56,379 bases of DNA from an uncultured Planctomycetales bacterium (GTDB taxonomy: Bacteria; Omnitrophota; Gorgyraeia; Zapsychrales; GWA2-47-8), in contig CAYHTV010000002.1 of assembly GCA_964359575.1 (NCBI GenBank), positions 1 through 56,379 of the forward strand, in the 5' to 3' direction. Below, piece by piece: positions 1 through 9,525 of this stretch. The notes beneath the pieces are model-generated. The model was not told the origin of the DNA, did no database searches, and saw only the letters and a program-made list of their open reading frames with translations. How positions within the stretch are numbered: position 1 is the first letter of the stretch; each line of letters starts with the position of its first letter. The translations under genes were made by a program, and so were the position numbers.

Positions 1-53
1 CTTCGTCGCTACGCTCCTCGCAATGACACCGGGAGGGTTTTCCGACACTATCA

Positions 54-569
54 TTACGTGATTTTTTTACCCCTCGCCATGATGAGTTTGCCAGAACGGA
101 CCATTTCGAGAATGTCGTACTTCCTTACCAAATTCTCAAACTGATCCAATTCCTCCGTTGTCCCACCCTGGCTGATAATGAGAACATGATCAGTATGATC
201 AACGAGATGCGTGTGGAATTTTTTGCAGAGTCTCAAGATTGTAGCGTTAGTGGAAGGTGTGGTTTTTATTTTCAACAAAGCATACTCGCGTCCGACCGCA
301 TCAATTCCGGTGTGTTCACCAACATGCAAGACATCAATCAATTTCGCGCTTTGTTTAATGATTTGTTCAAGTGTCACCGGATCGCCGATCGCGGTAATGG
401 TCATCCGGGAATACTGCGGATTAAACGAAGGGGAGACCACCAGCGAATCAATATTATATCCTCGCCGGGCAAAAACCTGTGCGATGCGCACTAAAACACC
501 CGGTTTGTTAGCAACGAGAAAGCTAACGATGTGAATGTCTTTTTTTTGCTTTTCTGATGGTAAAGTCAT
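54..569 (-). CDS. ilvH: acetolactate synthase small (regulatory) subunit
   Basis: 171-aa ORF with an N-terminal ACT-domain pattern (IVSFLVANKPGVLVRIAQVFARRGYNIDSLVV). It lies 1 nt downstream of the ilvB stop. Confidence 0.9.
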   Translation of the reverse strand: MTLPSEKQKKDIHIVSFLVANKPGVLVRIAQVFARRGYNIDSLVVSPSFNPQYSRMTITAIGDPVTLEQIIKQSAKLIDVLHVGEHTGIDAVGREYALLKIKTTPSTNATILRLCKKFHTHLVDHTDHVLIISQGGTTEELDQFENLVRKYDILEMVRSGKLIMARGKKIT

Positions 570-570
570 T

Positions 571-2295
571 TTACGTACTGCCTGTCGGTTTTTCTAATTT
601 TATTTTCGGCGGCTCAATAATCATTTCGTAGGCCGACTTTCCCGCTGGAATCATCGGGAAAACATTGTCTCCTTTAATTACCTCAGCCCAAATCACAACA
701 GGGCCGGCAAAATTCATTGCTTCCTCCAGGCGTTCACGCACATGCTCCACTTTATCAATGTGCACACCCTTAATACCATACGCCTCGGCTAATTTCACAA
801 AATTCGGATTGCCTTCCAAATCCACACCGGAAAGGCGATTTTCAAAAAAAAGTTCCTGCCATTGCCGCACCATGCCTAAATATTTGTTGTCAATAATGAG
901 CACTTTGAGAGGTAATTTATGAATAAACACCGTGGCCAATTCATACAGCGTCATCTGAAATCCGCCATCGCCGACAACCGCCACCACCAAATCATTGGGC
1001 CGGCCAAACTGCGCGCCGATGGCGGCAGGAAAGCCATACCCCATGGTTCCCGCACCGCCGGAGGAAAGCCATTTTTCTCCTTTGAGGGTAAGGTTAAATT
1101 GGGCCGACCACATCTGATGCTGTCCCACATCTGTCGCGATAATCGCGCGGCCTTGCGTCACGTTTTGTAATTCATGCAGGACATATTGCGCGGTCAACCC
1201 TTTTTCGTTATTGAATTTCAGCGGATATTGTTTCTTATAACCATTTAATTCAGCAATCCAATTCTTTGTATCCAAAGGCTCAACATATTTCACTAATTCT
1301 TCCACGATCTCACGGGCATCGCCAATGCAATAGGCGTCGGGCTGCAATATCTTTCCAATTTCCGCCGGATCAATATCAATGTGCAATTTTTTAGCACCGA
1401 TACAAAATTTCGATGGGTTGCCGTTGATCCGATCGTCCCAGCGCGAGCCAATGGATAAAATTAAATCACAACGGGTAAGAGCTAAATTGGCATAGGCAGT
1501 TCCGTGCATACCTAACATTCCCAACGAAAGTGGATCGGTTTCCGGGAATTCGCCTTTGCCTAAGAGTGTATTCGTAACCGGCGCGTTCAATTTGTAGGCT
1601 AATTTTTTAATGGCCTCACCGGCGCGGGCAATCACGGCTCCATGACCAACCAGAAGAACCGGACGCTGGCAGCCCTTAAACATTTTAGCCATTTTAAGGA
1701 TATCTACTTTTTTAGATTTGGCTGGAATTTTATATCCAGGAATATCCATTTTCGGATCTAGTGTTTTTCCCGTAAATGGAGCAGATGTGACATCCTTAGG
1801 AAGATCAATTAAAACCGGGCCAGGCCGTCCGGTATTCGTAATGTAGAAAGCTTCTTTGATAACCCGCGGGATATCGTTGGTATTTTTGACCAAATAACTA
1901 TGTTTGACGACCGGCATGGTGATATCGAAAATATCGGCCTCTTGAAAGGCATCTTTGCCCAGCATGGGAGAAATGGTCTGGCCGGTCAAGACAATCATCG
2001 GCACCGAATCCATATGTGCGGTCATAATCCCGGTCACGGTATTGGTTGCTCCCGGGCCGCTGGTCACCAAAACCACACCGGGTTTTCCGGTTGCGCGGGC
2101 ATAGCCGTCGGCCATATGAGTGGCACCTTGTTCATGACGCACCAAAATCAATTTGATTTTAGACCCAACTAAGGCATCAAAAATGGGGATGGCCGCTCCA
2201 CCTGAAAGTCCCCAAATATACTCCACGCCAAAGTTCTCCAGACAGCGGATAAGGGCTTCGGCCCCGGTCATGTTTTTTTTTGCTTCTGCGGACAT
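571..2295 (-). CDS. ilvB: acetolactate synthase large (catalytic) subunit
   Basis: 574-aa ORF with a full-length ThDP-enzyme pattern ([48 protein letters not shown] ThDP motif). Confidence 0.93.
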   Translation of the reverse strand: MSAEAKKNMTGAEALIRCLENFGVEYIWGLSGGAAIPIFDALVGSKIKLILVRHEQGATHMADGYARATGKPGVVLVTSGPGATNTVTGIMTAHMDSVPMIVLTGQTISPMLGKDAFQEADIFDITMPVVKHSYLVKNTNDIPRVIKEAFYITNTGRPGPVLIDLPKDVTSAPFTGKTLDPKMDIPGYKIPAKSKKVDILKMAKMFKGCQRPVLLVGHGAVIARAGEAIKKLAYKLNAPVTNTLLGKGEFPETDPLSLGMLGMHGTAYANLALTRCDLILSIGSRWDDRINGNPSKFCIGAKKLHIDIDPAEIGKILQPDAYCIGDAREIVEELVKYVEPLDTKNWIAELNGYKKQYPLKFNNEKGLTAQYVLHELQNVTQGRAIIATDVGQHQMWSAQFNLTLKGEKWLSSGGAGTMGYGFPAAIGAQFGRPNDLVVAVVGDGGFQMTLYELATVFIHKLPLKVLIIDNKYLGMVRQWQELFFENRLSGVDLEGNPNFVKLAEAYGIKGVHIDKVEHVRERLEEAMNFAGPVVIWAEVIKGDNVFPMIPAGKSAYEMIIEPPKIKLEKPTGST

Positions 2296-2309
2296 AGTTT
2301 TGTATTACT

Positions 2310-2412
2310 TATTGACCTTTGTAGAACCAAAAGAATTGAGGTAGTCAATATTGGCCTTTGTCTCCTCAATGATAAATCCAAATTTTTTTCTTTAGTTGTA
2401 CAAAGGCCCATA
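2310..2412 (+). repeat. 99-nt TIR repeat element, copy 1 (core 2312-2410, TA on both sides)
   Basis: Sequence TTGACCTTTGTAGAACC...GTTGTACAAAGGCCCA matches the other five copies. It lies between divergent ilvB and the PP-loop ATPase gene, 15 nt from the ilvB start. Confidence 0.95.
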
Positions 2413-2551
2413 AAGGGATTAAATGGCTTGGTTTATTTTTCTTAAAATTATCCGTAAAATTTGTGAGGATGATAATAACATATTTTGAAATTTATTTCCA
2501 GTTGAATTTCGGTGAAAAATTCGATATGATTGAACAGCTCATGGAGACAAA

Positions 2552-3577
2552 ATGATTCAAATAAATTCCCAAATATCGTCAAAAACAATTAAGGCGGTTG
2601 GTCTTATTTCCGGAGGGCTGGACAGTACTCTCGCCGCGCGCATCATAAAAGATTTAGGCGTCGAGGTTCACAGCCTTTATTTTGCCATGCCATGGGGATG
2701 CTGCGATAAAGGAAAGGCACAAGCAGCCGCTGATAATTTAGGTATTCCACTAGTTGTGCTGCAGCTCGATGAGCGGTATTTGAAAATTGTTGAAAAACCT
2801 AAGCACGGCTACGGTTCAGCGCTCAACCCTTGTGTTGATTGCCGGATTCATATGTTTTCGCGGGCGCGGCAATATATGGAATCGATCAGCGCGGATTTTG
2901 TTTTTACCGGAGAAGTTTTAGGCCAGCGGCAGATGTCGCAAATGAAGCATAGCCTCAAATGGGTGGAAGAGGGGAGCGGCTTGAAAGGACGGCTGCTACG
3001 GCCGTTGTGCGCCCAGCTTTTAGAGTCGACAATTCCCGAGCAGGAAGGGCTCATTGATCGCGTGAAACTTTTAAATATTTCCGGCCGTTCCCGCCAGGAA
3101 CAAATCAAACTCGCGGAATCCTTTGACATCCGTGATTACCCGAATCCCGCAGGGGGGTGTTTGCTCACCGATAAAAATTTTGCCCGGCGGATGAAAGACA
3201 CTTTTAAACATGGGTATCGCAATTTTCGTGAAACGATCGCGCTCAAATGGGGAAGGCATTTTCGCTTAAACGAAAATTTTAAAGTCATCCTCGGCCGCGA
3301 TGCAGAAGAAAACCAGGCTCTCAAGGCCTATGCCCATCCTGATGATACCATCATGGAAATTCCGGATAAAATCGGTCCCACACTGATTTTGAAAGGATAT
3401 AACCCATCCGAGGAAATTTTAGCGTTGTGCGCCGGATTAATTCAAAAATATTCTAAGCACAAAGAAAATCTTAATCCCATAAGCGTCGAGTATTGCCTCG
3501 CTAAAGAAATACACAATAAAAAAATAATTTTAGCTAAAATCCTTTCTGAAAAATATCTGCAGGAAGTGAGTGTTTAA
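2552..3577 (+). CDS. PP-loop (adenine nucleotide alpha-hydrolase) ATPase, tRNA-thiolation/ThiI-MnmA-like
   Basis: 341-aa ORF with an SGGLDS PP-loop near the N-terminus (GLISGGLDSTLAA) and conserved Cys clusters (NPCVDCRIHMF, NPAGGCLLTD). The exact substrate cannot be called from sequence. Confidence 0.65.
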   Translation: MIQINSQISSKTIKAVGLISGGLDSTLAARIIKDLGVEVHSLYFAMPWGCCDKGKAQAAADNLGIPLVVLQLDERYLKIVEKPKHGYGSALNPCVDCRIHMFSRARQYMESISADFVFTGEVLGQRQMSQMKHSLKWVEEGSGLKGRLLRPLCAQLLESTIPEQEGLIDRVKLLNISGRSRQEQIKLAESFDIRDYPNPAGGCLLTDKNFARRMKDTFKHGYRNFRETIALKWGRHFRLNENFKVILGRDAEENQALKAYAHPDDTIMEIPDKIGPTLILKGYNPSEEILALCAGLIQKYSKHKENLNPISVEYCLAKEIHNKKIILAKILSEKYLQEVSV

Positions 3578-4900
3578 ATGATTAGTGAAAAAAATATTCT
3601 TGATGCCTTGCGCCAGATTATTGATCCGGATTTCAATAAAGATATCGTCACGTTAGGATTTGTGAAAAATATAAAAATCGCTGGTGGCAATGTCACCTTT
3701 GATATCGCGCTCACCACCCCAGCCTGCCCAGTCAAATCAGAGTTCCAACGCCAGGCCGAAGAGGCAGTGAGAGCCCTTCACGGTGTTAAAGAAGTTCAAG
3801 TTAACATGACCACCCAGCCGTTTCAGCGGCCGGCTGCTGCTCAAGACACTCCCAGTACATTAAGCAATGTCCGCTCCATTATCGCGGTGTCTTCCTGCAA
3901 AGGCGGGGTGGGGAAGTCGACGCTTGCCGCGCATCTGGCTCAAGAACTTGCTCACCGGAGATTTAAAGTCGGGCTGGTGGACGTGGATATCCATGGGCCG
4001 TCCGTGCCGACCATTTTCAATTTATCCAAGGCCGAAATTTACGTGAATAAGGATAAACAATTTATTCCCATCGAAAAAAATAATTTGAAAATTATGTCCT
4101 TTGGATTTTTGCTGGGCGATGCGCCGGCGGTTATGCGCGGGCCCATTGTCTCGCGCTATGTCCAGCAAATTTTACATCAAACAGCGTGGGGGGAACTGGA
4201 TTATTTATTTATCGATATGCCGCCAGGGACCGGCGATGTACAGTTAACGATTACGCAAACAGCCCGTTTGAACGGCGCCGTGATTGTGACCACCCGCCAA
4301 ACATTGTCGTTGGTCGATGTGTCCCGGGGAATTTTGATGTTTGAAAAGGTCGCTGTCCCCATCTTAGGTATTATCGAAAATATGTCGTATTTTATCTGCG
4401 ATAAGTGCTCTAAAAAGCATTATATTTTCGGCGGCAACGAAAAAACTGATCTGCAGGAAAGATTCGGGATTGAAACTTTGGCCGAGATTCCGCTGCTACC
4501 GAGTTTTATGAGCAAAATTGAAACACCCATCGCTAACGAATTCATGATGCACGCGGTCGATAAGGTCGTGATGGCTCTGGGGAAAAGCAAATTACTGCAG
4601 CAGGATATTCCTATGATTAAATTTGATGCCAAACAGGTGAATTTAAAGTGGAAAGACGAAACCGAAATTTCCGTGAACAACCGTGACCTGCGTTTAAACT
4701 GCCGCTGTGCGCTGTGCGTGAATGAATTAAGCGGCGAACAAATCCTTAAAGAAAAGGATATTCCGACCGACATAGCCCCCAAAGAAATCTTTCCTCTGGG
4801 AAATTATGCGCTCGGTATCAGCTGGAACGATGCCCACTCCTCAGGCATTTATCCGTATAAGATGATGAAAGAACTGGCGCAGTACATAAAATTGCGTTAA
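3578..4900 (+). CDS. mrp: Fe-S cluster carrier ATPase, HCF101-type architecture (DUF59 - Mrp/NBP35 P-loop - DUF971)
   Basis: 440-aa ORF. The N-terminal DUF59/MIP18-like region is ILDALRQIIDPDFNKDIVTLGFV. The deviant Walker A is CKGGVGKST and the CxxC is FICDKCSKKH. The C-terminal DUF971-like region is LRLNCRCALCVNE...ISWNDAHSSGIYPY. Confidence 0.85.
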   Translation: MISEKNILDALRQIIDPDFNKDIVTLGFVKNIKIAGGNVTFDIALTTPACPVKSEFQRQAEEAVRALHGVKEVQVNMTTQPFQRPAAAQDTPSTLSNVRSIIAVSSCKGGVGKSTLAAHLAQELAHRRFKVGLVDVDIHGPSVPTIFNLSKAEIYVNKDKQFIPIEKNNLKIMSFGFLLGDAPAVMRGPIVSRYVQQILHQTAWGELDYLFIDMPPGTGDVQLTITQTARLNGAVIVTTRQTLSLVDVSRGILMFEKVAVPILGIIENMSYFICDKCSKKHYIFGGNEKTDLQERFGIETLAEIPLLPSFMSKIETPIANEFMMHAVDKVVMALGKSKLLQQDIPMIKFDAKQVNLKWKDETEISVNNRDLRLNCRCALCVNELSGEQILKEKDIPTDIAPKEIFPLGNYALGISWNDAHSSGIYPYKMMKELAQYIKLR

Positions 4901-4924
4901 AGAAGGATTATAAGTTTCGTGACA

Positions 4925-5239
4925 CTATGCCCCTAAAATCTTCTCCAACTCTCCACTCTGATGCAGTTCCATTGTAATATCACACCCGCCGATAAATTCC
5001 CCATTCACATAAAGCTGCGGGATCGTCGGCCACTCAGCATACTCCTTGATTCCTTGGCGGACTTCCTCATCTTCCAAAATATTAAATGATTTAAACGGAA
5101 TCTTGTATGAATTTAAAATGTTAACCACCTGAGCGGAAAAACCGCACATGGGTGCCTCGGGCGTGCCTTTCATGTAAAGCATGACTTTGTTGCCTTTGAT
5201 GTCTTTTTCAATTTTTTGTTTAATTTCTTCGGTTAACAT
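4925..5239 (-). CDS. grxD: monothiol glutaredoxin (Grx4/GrxD family)
   Basis: 104-aa ORF with a CGFS active site (PEAPMCGFSAQ) and the WPTIPQLYVNGEFIGGCDI motif. Confidence 0.92.
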   Translation of the reverse strand: MLTEEIKQKIEKDIKGNKVMLYMKGTPEAPMCGFSAQVVNILNSYKIPFKSFNILEDEEVRQGIKEYAEWPTIPQLYVNGEFIGGCDITMELHQSGELEKILGA

Positions 5240-5254
5240 AATTTATTCCTCCTT

Positions 5255-5388
5255 TATTGACTTTTTCTTAACCAATAGCATTAAGGTAGTCAATATTCTT
5301 GCCTCTCTCGTCCGTCTCACGCCGGACTCGATAGGCAAGTCGCTTTGTTTTCTTAAAATGATTGCTAATGGTTGTACAAAGCTCAATA
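5255..5388 (+). repeat. diverged 134-nt relative of the 99-nt TIR repeat
   Basis: Shares TATTGAC..., the exact 14-mer AGGTAGTCAATATT and GTTGTACAAAG...TCAATA with the canonical element, and has extra internal sequence. It fills the grxD-bolA intergenic gap. Confidence 0.7.
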
Positions 5389-5389
5389 A

Positions 5390-5650
5390 TCAAAATCCAT
5401 ATTCGGCTTTAACTTTCCCCCATTTCTCCGGTGTAAACGTTTTTAATCCTAACGCATGCACTGCGCCGGCGAGTGCCTCTTTTAAAGACTTCATCACCAT
5501 TTGGTGCTGTTTGATGAGCGACATTCCCTCAAAGGCCGGGCTCACCACAAACGCCTGTAAATGCTGTCCATCGTTCATGGGATCCAGAATAAAGGCCTGT
5601 GAATTTGGCACCGAAGACTCAATGACCTTTTTAATATCTGTGAGCGTCAT
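5390..5650 (-). CDS. BolA family protein
   Basis: BolA-like pattern (GQHLQAFVVSPAFEGMSLIKQHQMVMKSL...HALGLKTFTPEKW). The start is chosen at the ATG at 5650, which forms an ATGA overlap with the upstream glutaredoxin stop. The tracked ORF extends to 5677. Confidence 0.8.
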   Translation of the reverse strand: MTLTDIKKVIESSVPNSQAFILDPMNDGQHLQAFVVSPAFEGMSLIKQHQMVMKSLKEALAGAVHALGLKTFTPEKWGKVKAEYGF

Positions 5651-5889
5651 AATGTTTTCCAATTTATTTTTAGCCATTGAATAATATCATCGGATTCGTA
5701 CAGAGCCGTTCCATCAATAACCAGGCAGGGCACTTGAGTTTTTCCACCGATTTTAAGAAGCTCCTGACGGTTATTCGGATCGCTCTGCGTGCTTTTAAGC
5801 GGCAGTGAAATATTATTCTGCTGCATAAATCGTAAAACTTTTTGGCAATACGGACAAGTATCCTTATAATACAGTGTTAATGACGCCAT
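5647..5889 (-). CDS. dithiol glutaredoxin
   Basis: 80-aa ORF with a CPYC active site (YYKDTCPYCQKV) and a TQVPCLVIDG motif. Confidence 0.85.
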   Translation of the reverse strand: MASLTLYYKDTCPYCQKVLRFMQQNNISLPLKSTQSDPNNRQELLKIGGKTQVPCLVIDGTALYESDDIIQWLKINWKTL

Positions 5890-5903
5890 AAAATTCCCTT
5901 CGA

Positions 5904-6842
5904 TTATCCTTCAATCAGCCGTTCGACAAATTCGATGACATCATCATCCAGCTGTTTATGATACAAATAATTCATTTCTTGCAAGCAGGTAGGGGACGTC
6001 ACGTTCACTTCTATCAGATAATCACCGATAATATCAATCCCCACAAAATATAAGCCAAGTCGCTGCAGCTGCGGCTTGATTTCGTCAATAATCTCCCGGT
6101 CACGGTTTGTGATTTCGGCCGGATGGGATTTACCACCGGCAAAAAGATTATTGCGATGGTCATGCGAAGAATGCACACGCAAAACAGCTCCCAGCGGCTC
6201 GCCATCCAGCAATAAAATCCGTTTATCTCCATGCTGCGCTTGTGGAATATATTTTTGTAAAATAATTTCCCGACTCCAGTATGCCGTCAAAGTCTCTAAA
6301 ATCACCTGCGTATTGGTATCATTGTGTTGGATTTGAAAAACCGATTGTCCGCCAAATCCATCCGTTGGTTTGGCGACCACATGATGATGTGACTTTATAA
6401 AATCCCACAGATCATCTTTTTGCCGGCTGATCATCGTAGAAGGAATGATCGAGGTAAATTGAGTGACCCAAATTTTTTCATTCACTGTTCGAATCCCATT
6501 AGGGCTATTGATAACCGGAATACGGCGCATTAGCTTATCAAGTAACCACGTGTTCATCAAATATTGTTGATCAAAGGGGGGATCGTTGCGGATGAAAATG
6601 GCATTGATTTCATCTTCCTGCAGAATAATTTCTTCTCCCTGAATGAACGGCCGCTCTTTATTTTGCTGCGGAACAACCGAAATAGTATCAAAAAACAATT
6701 GCCCATCACGTAAAGTCATTCCGCCATCCGGCAAATAAAAAATCTTATGCCCTTTGCGGTGGGCCCCGAGCATCAAAATAAAGGTCGTGTCCTTATCCAT
6801 GACAACGGTGTCAAGCGGATCCATTAAAAAAATAAAATTCAT
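5904..6842 (-). CDS. gshB: glutathione synthetase (ATP-grasp)
   Basis: 312-aa ORF with prokaryotic GshB N-domain and ATP-grasp patterns (KPTDGFGGQSVF, DKRILLLDGEPLGA, GIDIIGDYLIEVNVTSPT). It overlaps gshA by 4 nt. Confidence 0.9.
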   Translation of the reverse strand: MNFIFLMDPLDTVVMDKDTTFILMLGAHRKGHKIFYLPDGGMTLRDGQLFFDTISVVPQQNKERPFIQGEEIILQEDEINAIFIRNDPPFDQQYLMNTWLLDKLMRRIPVINSPNGIRTVNEKIWVTQFTSIIPSTMISRQKDDLWDFIKSHHHVVAKPTDGFGGQSVFQIQHNDTNTQVILETLTAYWSREIILQKYIPQAQHGDKRILLLDGEPLGAVLRVHSSHDHRNNLFAGGKSHPAEITNRDREIIDEIKPQLQRLGLYFVGIDIIGDYLIEVNVTSPTCLQEMNYLYHKQLDDDVIEFVERLIEG

Positions 6843-8134
6843 CCATGATCCTCGTTTTTACTTTGCGCTTCGAGCTGAATGATTTCACGATGCGCGGCAA
6901 TACCGGCGATTCTCGCCAAAATACGGTAAACGTCAAAAATGTTCATGTCATGCCGGAGGCCGCAATCGCCGTATTTTTTTAAATGCGGGCACATTTTTTT
7001 AAACCCCATACCCGGTGAATTTAAATTCTCACGGCCGGATTTTTGCGGATTAAAACGATAGAATCCACCCACCACATTATTTTCGATTTGATAAATGACA
7101 ACTTCACTCACTTGCTCATCGACATGATAAATCGTGGGCACGCCTTCCTGAATTAAAAATCGCGAAATAATCTGCGAACTTTTTCCTTTGGAAAGGTCAT
7201 TGCGATTACGCCGGTTAAGTTCGAGAATATCTTTCGGGTCTTCAACCGGGATAACGCCCATCCCGTAAGTCCCGGATTCCGCTTTCAAAAAAACAAATGG
7301 TTTTTCAGTAATATGGTGCTCTTGATATTTTTCAGCCACCTGCTTAATCACATCGGACGCGGCATCCATCAATTTGGCGCGATCGGATTCTGTATTGATA
7401 TTAACGTTGTCAACCGCCGAATAGCGGCAGGAAAACAGCCATGGATCAAGCGCCACAATGCGTGAAAATTCTTTTATTAAATCTTCGGTGTGTTGAAAGT
7501 GCTGTGATTTGATCCGAGAATGCCAGCCGGCTTGAATCGAAGGATAAATAGGAATTTTAGAATTTTTTAATGATTCCGGTATCCCGTTGGTCAAATCATT
7601 ATTCATGATGATCAAATCAATATCTTCGCGATCCGCCTCCAAGTCAGCCAGAATGCGCTTAAAGCAATGAATCTTAACAATCTGACCCGTTGCGGTTTCC
7701 AATTCTACCGCTTTAGCGCTCTCACAAAACGCTGGCTGCACAGCTAGAAAAGTGGCAATCTTGGCTTTAAATCCAGCCTGCTCGATGATCTGCTGCAAAA
7801 TCCGGATATGTTCCAAATACCACATGTTACGGGTATGTTCTTCGGCTATGATCAAAATACGGTCACAATTCACAACACGCTTCAGGATGGCGCGCTTCAT
7901 CAGGCCCACCGCATCGGTCAACCCGTGTTCGCAGAGATTATTAAAGCCCGCCGGAAAAATATTCGTATCCACGACCGCGATTTTAAATCCGGCATCCCGT
8001 ATATCCACCGAAGAATAGAGAGGAAGCTCCTTGGAACCTTCATAGGATTGCAGCCAGGAGTGAATTTTTTCCTGCTTATCTTTAATCCGCTCCAAACAAC
8101 AAAAATCAAAATTGTAAGATTTCATGGTTTTCAT
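6839..8134 (-). CDS. gshA: glutamate--cysteine ligase (non-enterobacterial GshA family)
   Basis: 431-aa ORF. The N-terminal pattern LPLYSSVDIRDAGFKIAVVDTNIFPAGFNNLC is recalled from the alternative gshA family. It is translationally coupled to gshB. Confidence 0.75.
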   Translation of the reverse strand: MKTMKSYNFDFCCLERIKDKQEKIHSWLQSYEGSKELPLYSSVDIRDAGFKIAVVDTNIFPAGFNNLCEHGLTDAVGLMKRAILKRVVNCDRILIIAEEHTRNMWYLEHIRILQQIIEQAGFKAKIATFLAVQPAFCESAKAVELETATGQIVKIHCFKRILADLEADREDIDLIIMNNDLTNGIPESLKNSKIPIYPSIQAGWHSRIKSQHFQHTEDLIKEFSRIVALDPWLFSCRYSAVDNVNINTESDRAKLMDAASDVIKQVAEKYQEHHITEKPFVFLKAESGTYGMGVIPVEDPKDILELNRRNRNDLSKGKSSQIISRFLIQEGVPTIYHVDEQVSEVVIYQIENNVVGGFYRFNPQKSGRENLNSPGMGFKKMCPHLKKYGDCGLRHDMNIFDVYRILARIAGIAAHREIIQLEAQSKNEDHG

Positions 8135-8166
8135 AGCATTGTCTAAAGTTTAATAAAATGATACAC

Positions 8167-8269
8167 TATTGACCTTTGTAGAACCAAAAGAATTGAGGTA
8201 GTCAATATTGGCCTTTGTCTCCTCAATGATAAATTCAAATTTTTTTCTTTAGTTGTACAAAGGCCCATA
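8167..8269 (+). repeat. 99-nt TIR repeat element, copy 2 (core 8169-8267)
   Basis: Identical to copy 1 except for one substitution (8235). It lies between divergent gshA (start 8134) and bolA (start 8278). Confidence 0.95.
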
Positions 8270-8277
8270 AAAACCTC

Positions 8278-8556
8278 ATGATAACAAAAAATAAAATTGC
8301 TAAAATGCTGACGAAAAATTTTTTACCTATTTATTTTCTCATTGAAGATGATTCTGCCAGCCACGCCCGCCATAGGGAAGCCTTGCAATCCGGAGGCGGA
8401 CATTTTTCAATGATTATTGTTTCGCAAAAGTTCGCTGGACAAAAAATGTTGGAACGCCACCGCATGATTTATAAATTATTGAAACCATTTTTTAAAAAAG
8501 ATATTCACGCCTTAGCGATTCAGGCGTTCACCCCGGATGAATTTGCTAAACGCTAA
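8278..8556 (+). CDS. BolA family protein (second copy)
   Basis: 92-aa ORF with a BolA pattern (IEDDSASHARH...GGGHFSMIIVSQKFAGQKMLERHRMIY...IHALAIQAFTPDE). Confidence 0.85.
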   Translation: MITKNKIAKMLTKNFLPIYFLIEDDSASHARHREALQSGGGHFSMIIVSQKFAGQKMLERHRMIYKLLKPFFKKDIHALAIQAFTPDEFAKR

Positions 8557-8683
8557 AAAATTTTAAGGCTGGTCATAGCGGTCTTCCTGCCAGGACTCAA
8601 CCATATTCGAATACCCGCGCCGTTCCCAAAACTCCAAACGGTATTTGGCTAAAAAAAATAAATTGACTTTCCATCATCAATAA

Positions 8684-9454
8684 TCAAGTCCGAAGTTTAT
8701 AACCGATTTTAAATAAATAAACTGTGGCGAAAAAGAAACAGATCGCAATGATAAAAGAAAAGACGACGCTCGCGTAAATTGAAACATCGGAAACTCCCGT
8801 AACACTGTAACGCAGGCCATTCACAAAATAATACATAGGATTAAGCGCAGTAGCCAGTTTCAGCGGCGTGGGCAAGAGATCCACCGGATAAAAAACCCCG
8901 CCCAAAAATACAAGCGGCATAATCACATAAATATTCCACATCGAAAGCATTCCAAAATCTTCCGCCCACAGCGCCCCCATCATCCCCGCGCACGAAAAAA
9001 TGACAGCGATCATAATGACAAAATATAATAATAAAAACGGATGGTAAATCTGCAGCGGGGTAAAAAAACAAGAAGTGATAAGGACACCAAGAGCCACGAC
9101 AAATCCCCGGGCTACTCCACCAGCGAGAAGTCCCAGCACCATTTCAAAATAGGAAAGCGGGGAAAGCAAGACCTCTTGAATATGATTATGCCAGCGGGCA
9201 ATAAAAAGCGAGGAACTGGTATTTTCATACGAGCTCGAAATCAAATGGATTGTCATCAGTCCCGGCAGGATAAACTGCAGGTAAGATAACCCAGTACTGC
9301 TTAAATCCACCCGGCTGCCGATAGCGACGCCGAAAATATACATAAATAAAACCGAGGAGACGAGCGGCGGAAAAATTGTTTGATTCGCGACCGAAATGAA
9401 CCGCAAGATTTCTCGCTTTGATAAGGATAATGTTCCGATGGGGTTGTTGATCAT
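8684..9454 (-). CDS. ABC-2 type transporter permease
   Basis: 256-aa polytopic hydrophobic ORF, immediately downstream of an ABC ATPase on the same strand. Confidence 0.8.
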   Translation of the reverse strand: MINNPIGTLSLSKREILRFISVANQTIFPPLVSSVLFMYIFGVAIGSRVDLSSTGLSYLQFILPGLMTIHLISSSYENTSSSLFIARWHNHIQEVLLSPLSYFEMVLGLLAGGVARGFVVALGVLITSCFFTPLQIYHPFLLLYFVIMIAVIFSCAGMMGALWAEDFGMLSMWNIYVIMPLVFLGGVFYPVDLLPTPLKLATALNPMYYFVNGLRYSVTGVSDVSIYASVVFSFIIAICFFFATVYLFKIGYKLRT

Positions 9455-9525
9455 AGTGATGGGTTATCAGCTATCACTTTCAGCCAGAATTTTTAACTGA
9501 TGACCGAAAGCTGACAACTGAAATC

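Noticed and set aside
1-53. CTTCGTCGCTACGCTCCTCGCAATGACAC at the window edge, resembling the hairpin loop sequence at 43288-43312 and the sequence at 16727-16760
   Set aside because: It is truncated by the window boundary and only loosely similar to the other sites, so it cannot be defined as a repeat family from this window alone.
5181-5684. 167-aa ORF on the + strand spanning grxD, the repeat and bolA
   Set aside because: It overlaps two motif-supported minus-strand genes and reads through the diverged repeat. The product shows no family signal.
8557-8683. Minus-strand frame ...KYRLEFWERRGYSNMVESWQEDRYDQP* resembling the C-terminus of a GNAT acetyltransferase
   Set aside because: The frame covers only ~28 codons with a generic motif, and there is no upstream continuation. 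It may be a gene remnant but is not supportable as a feature.
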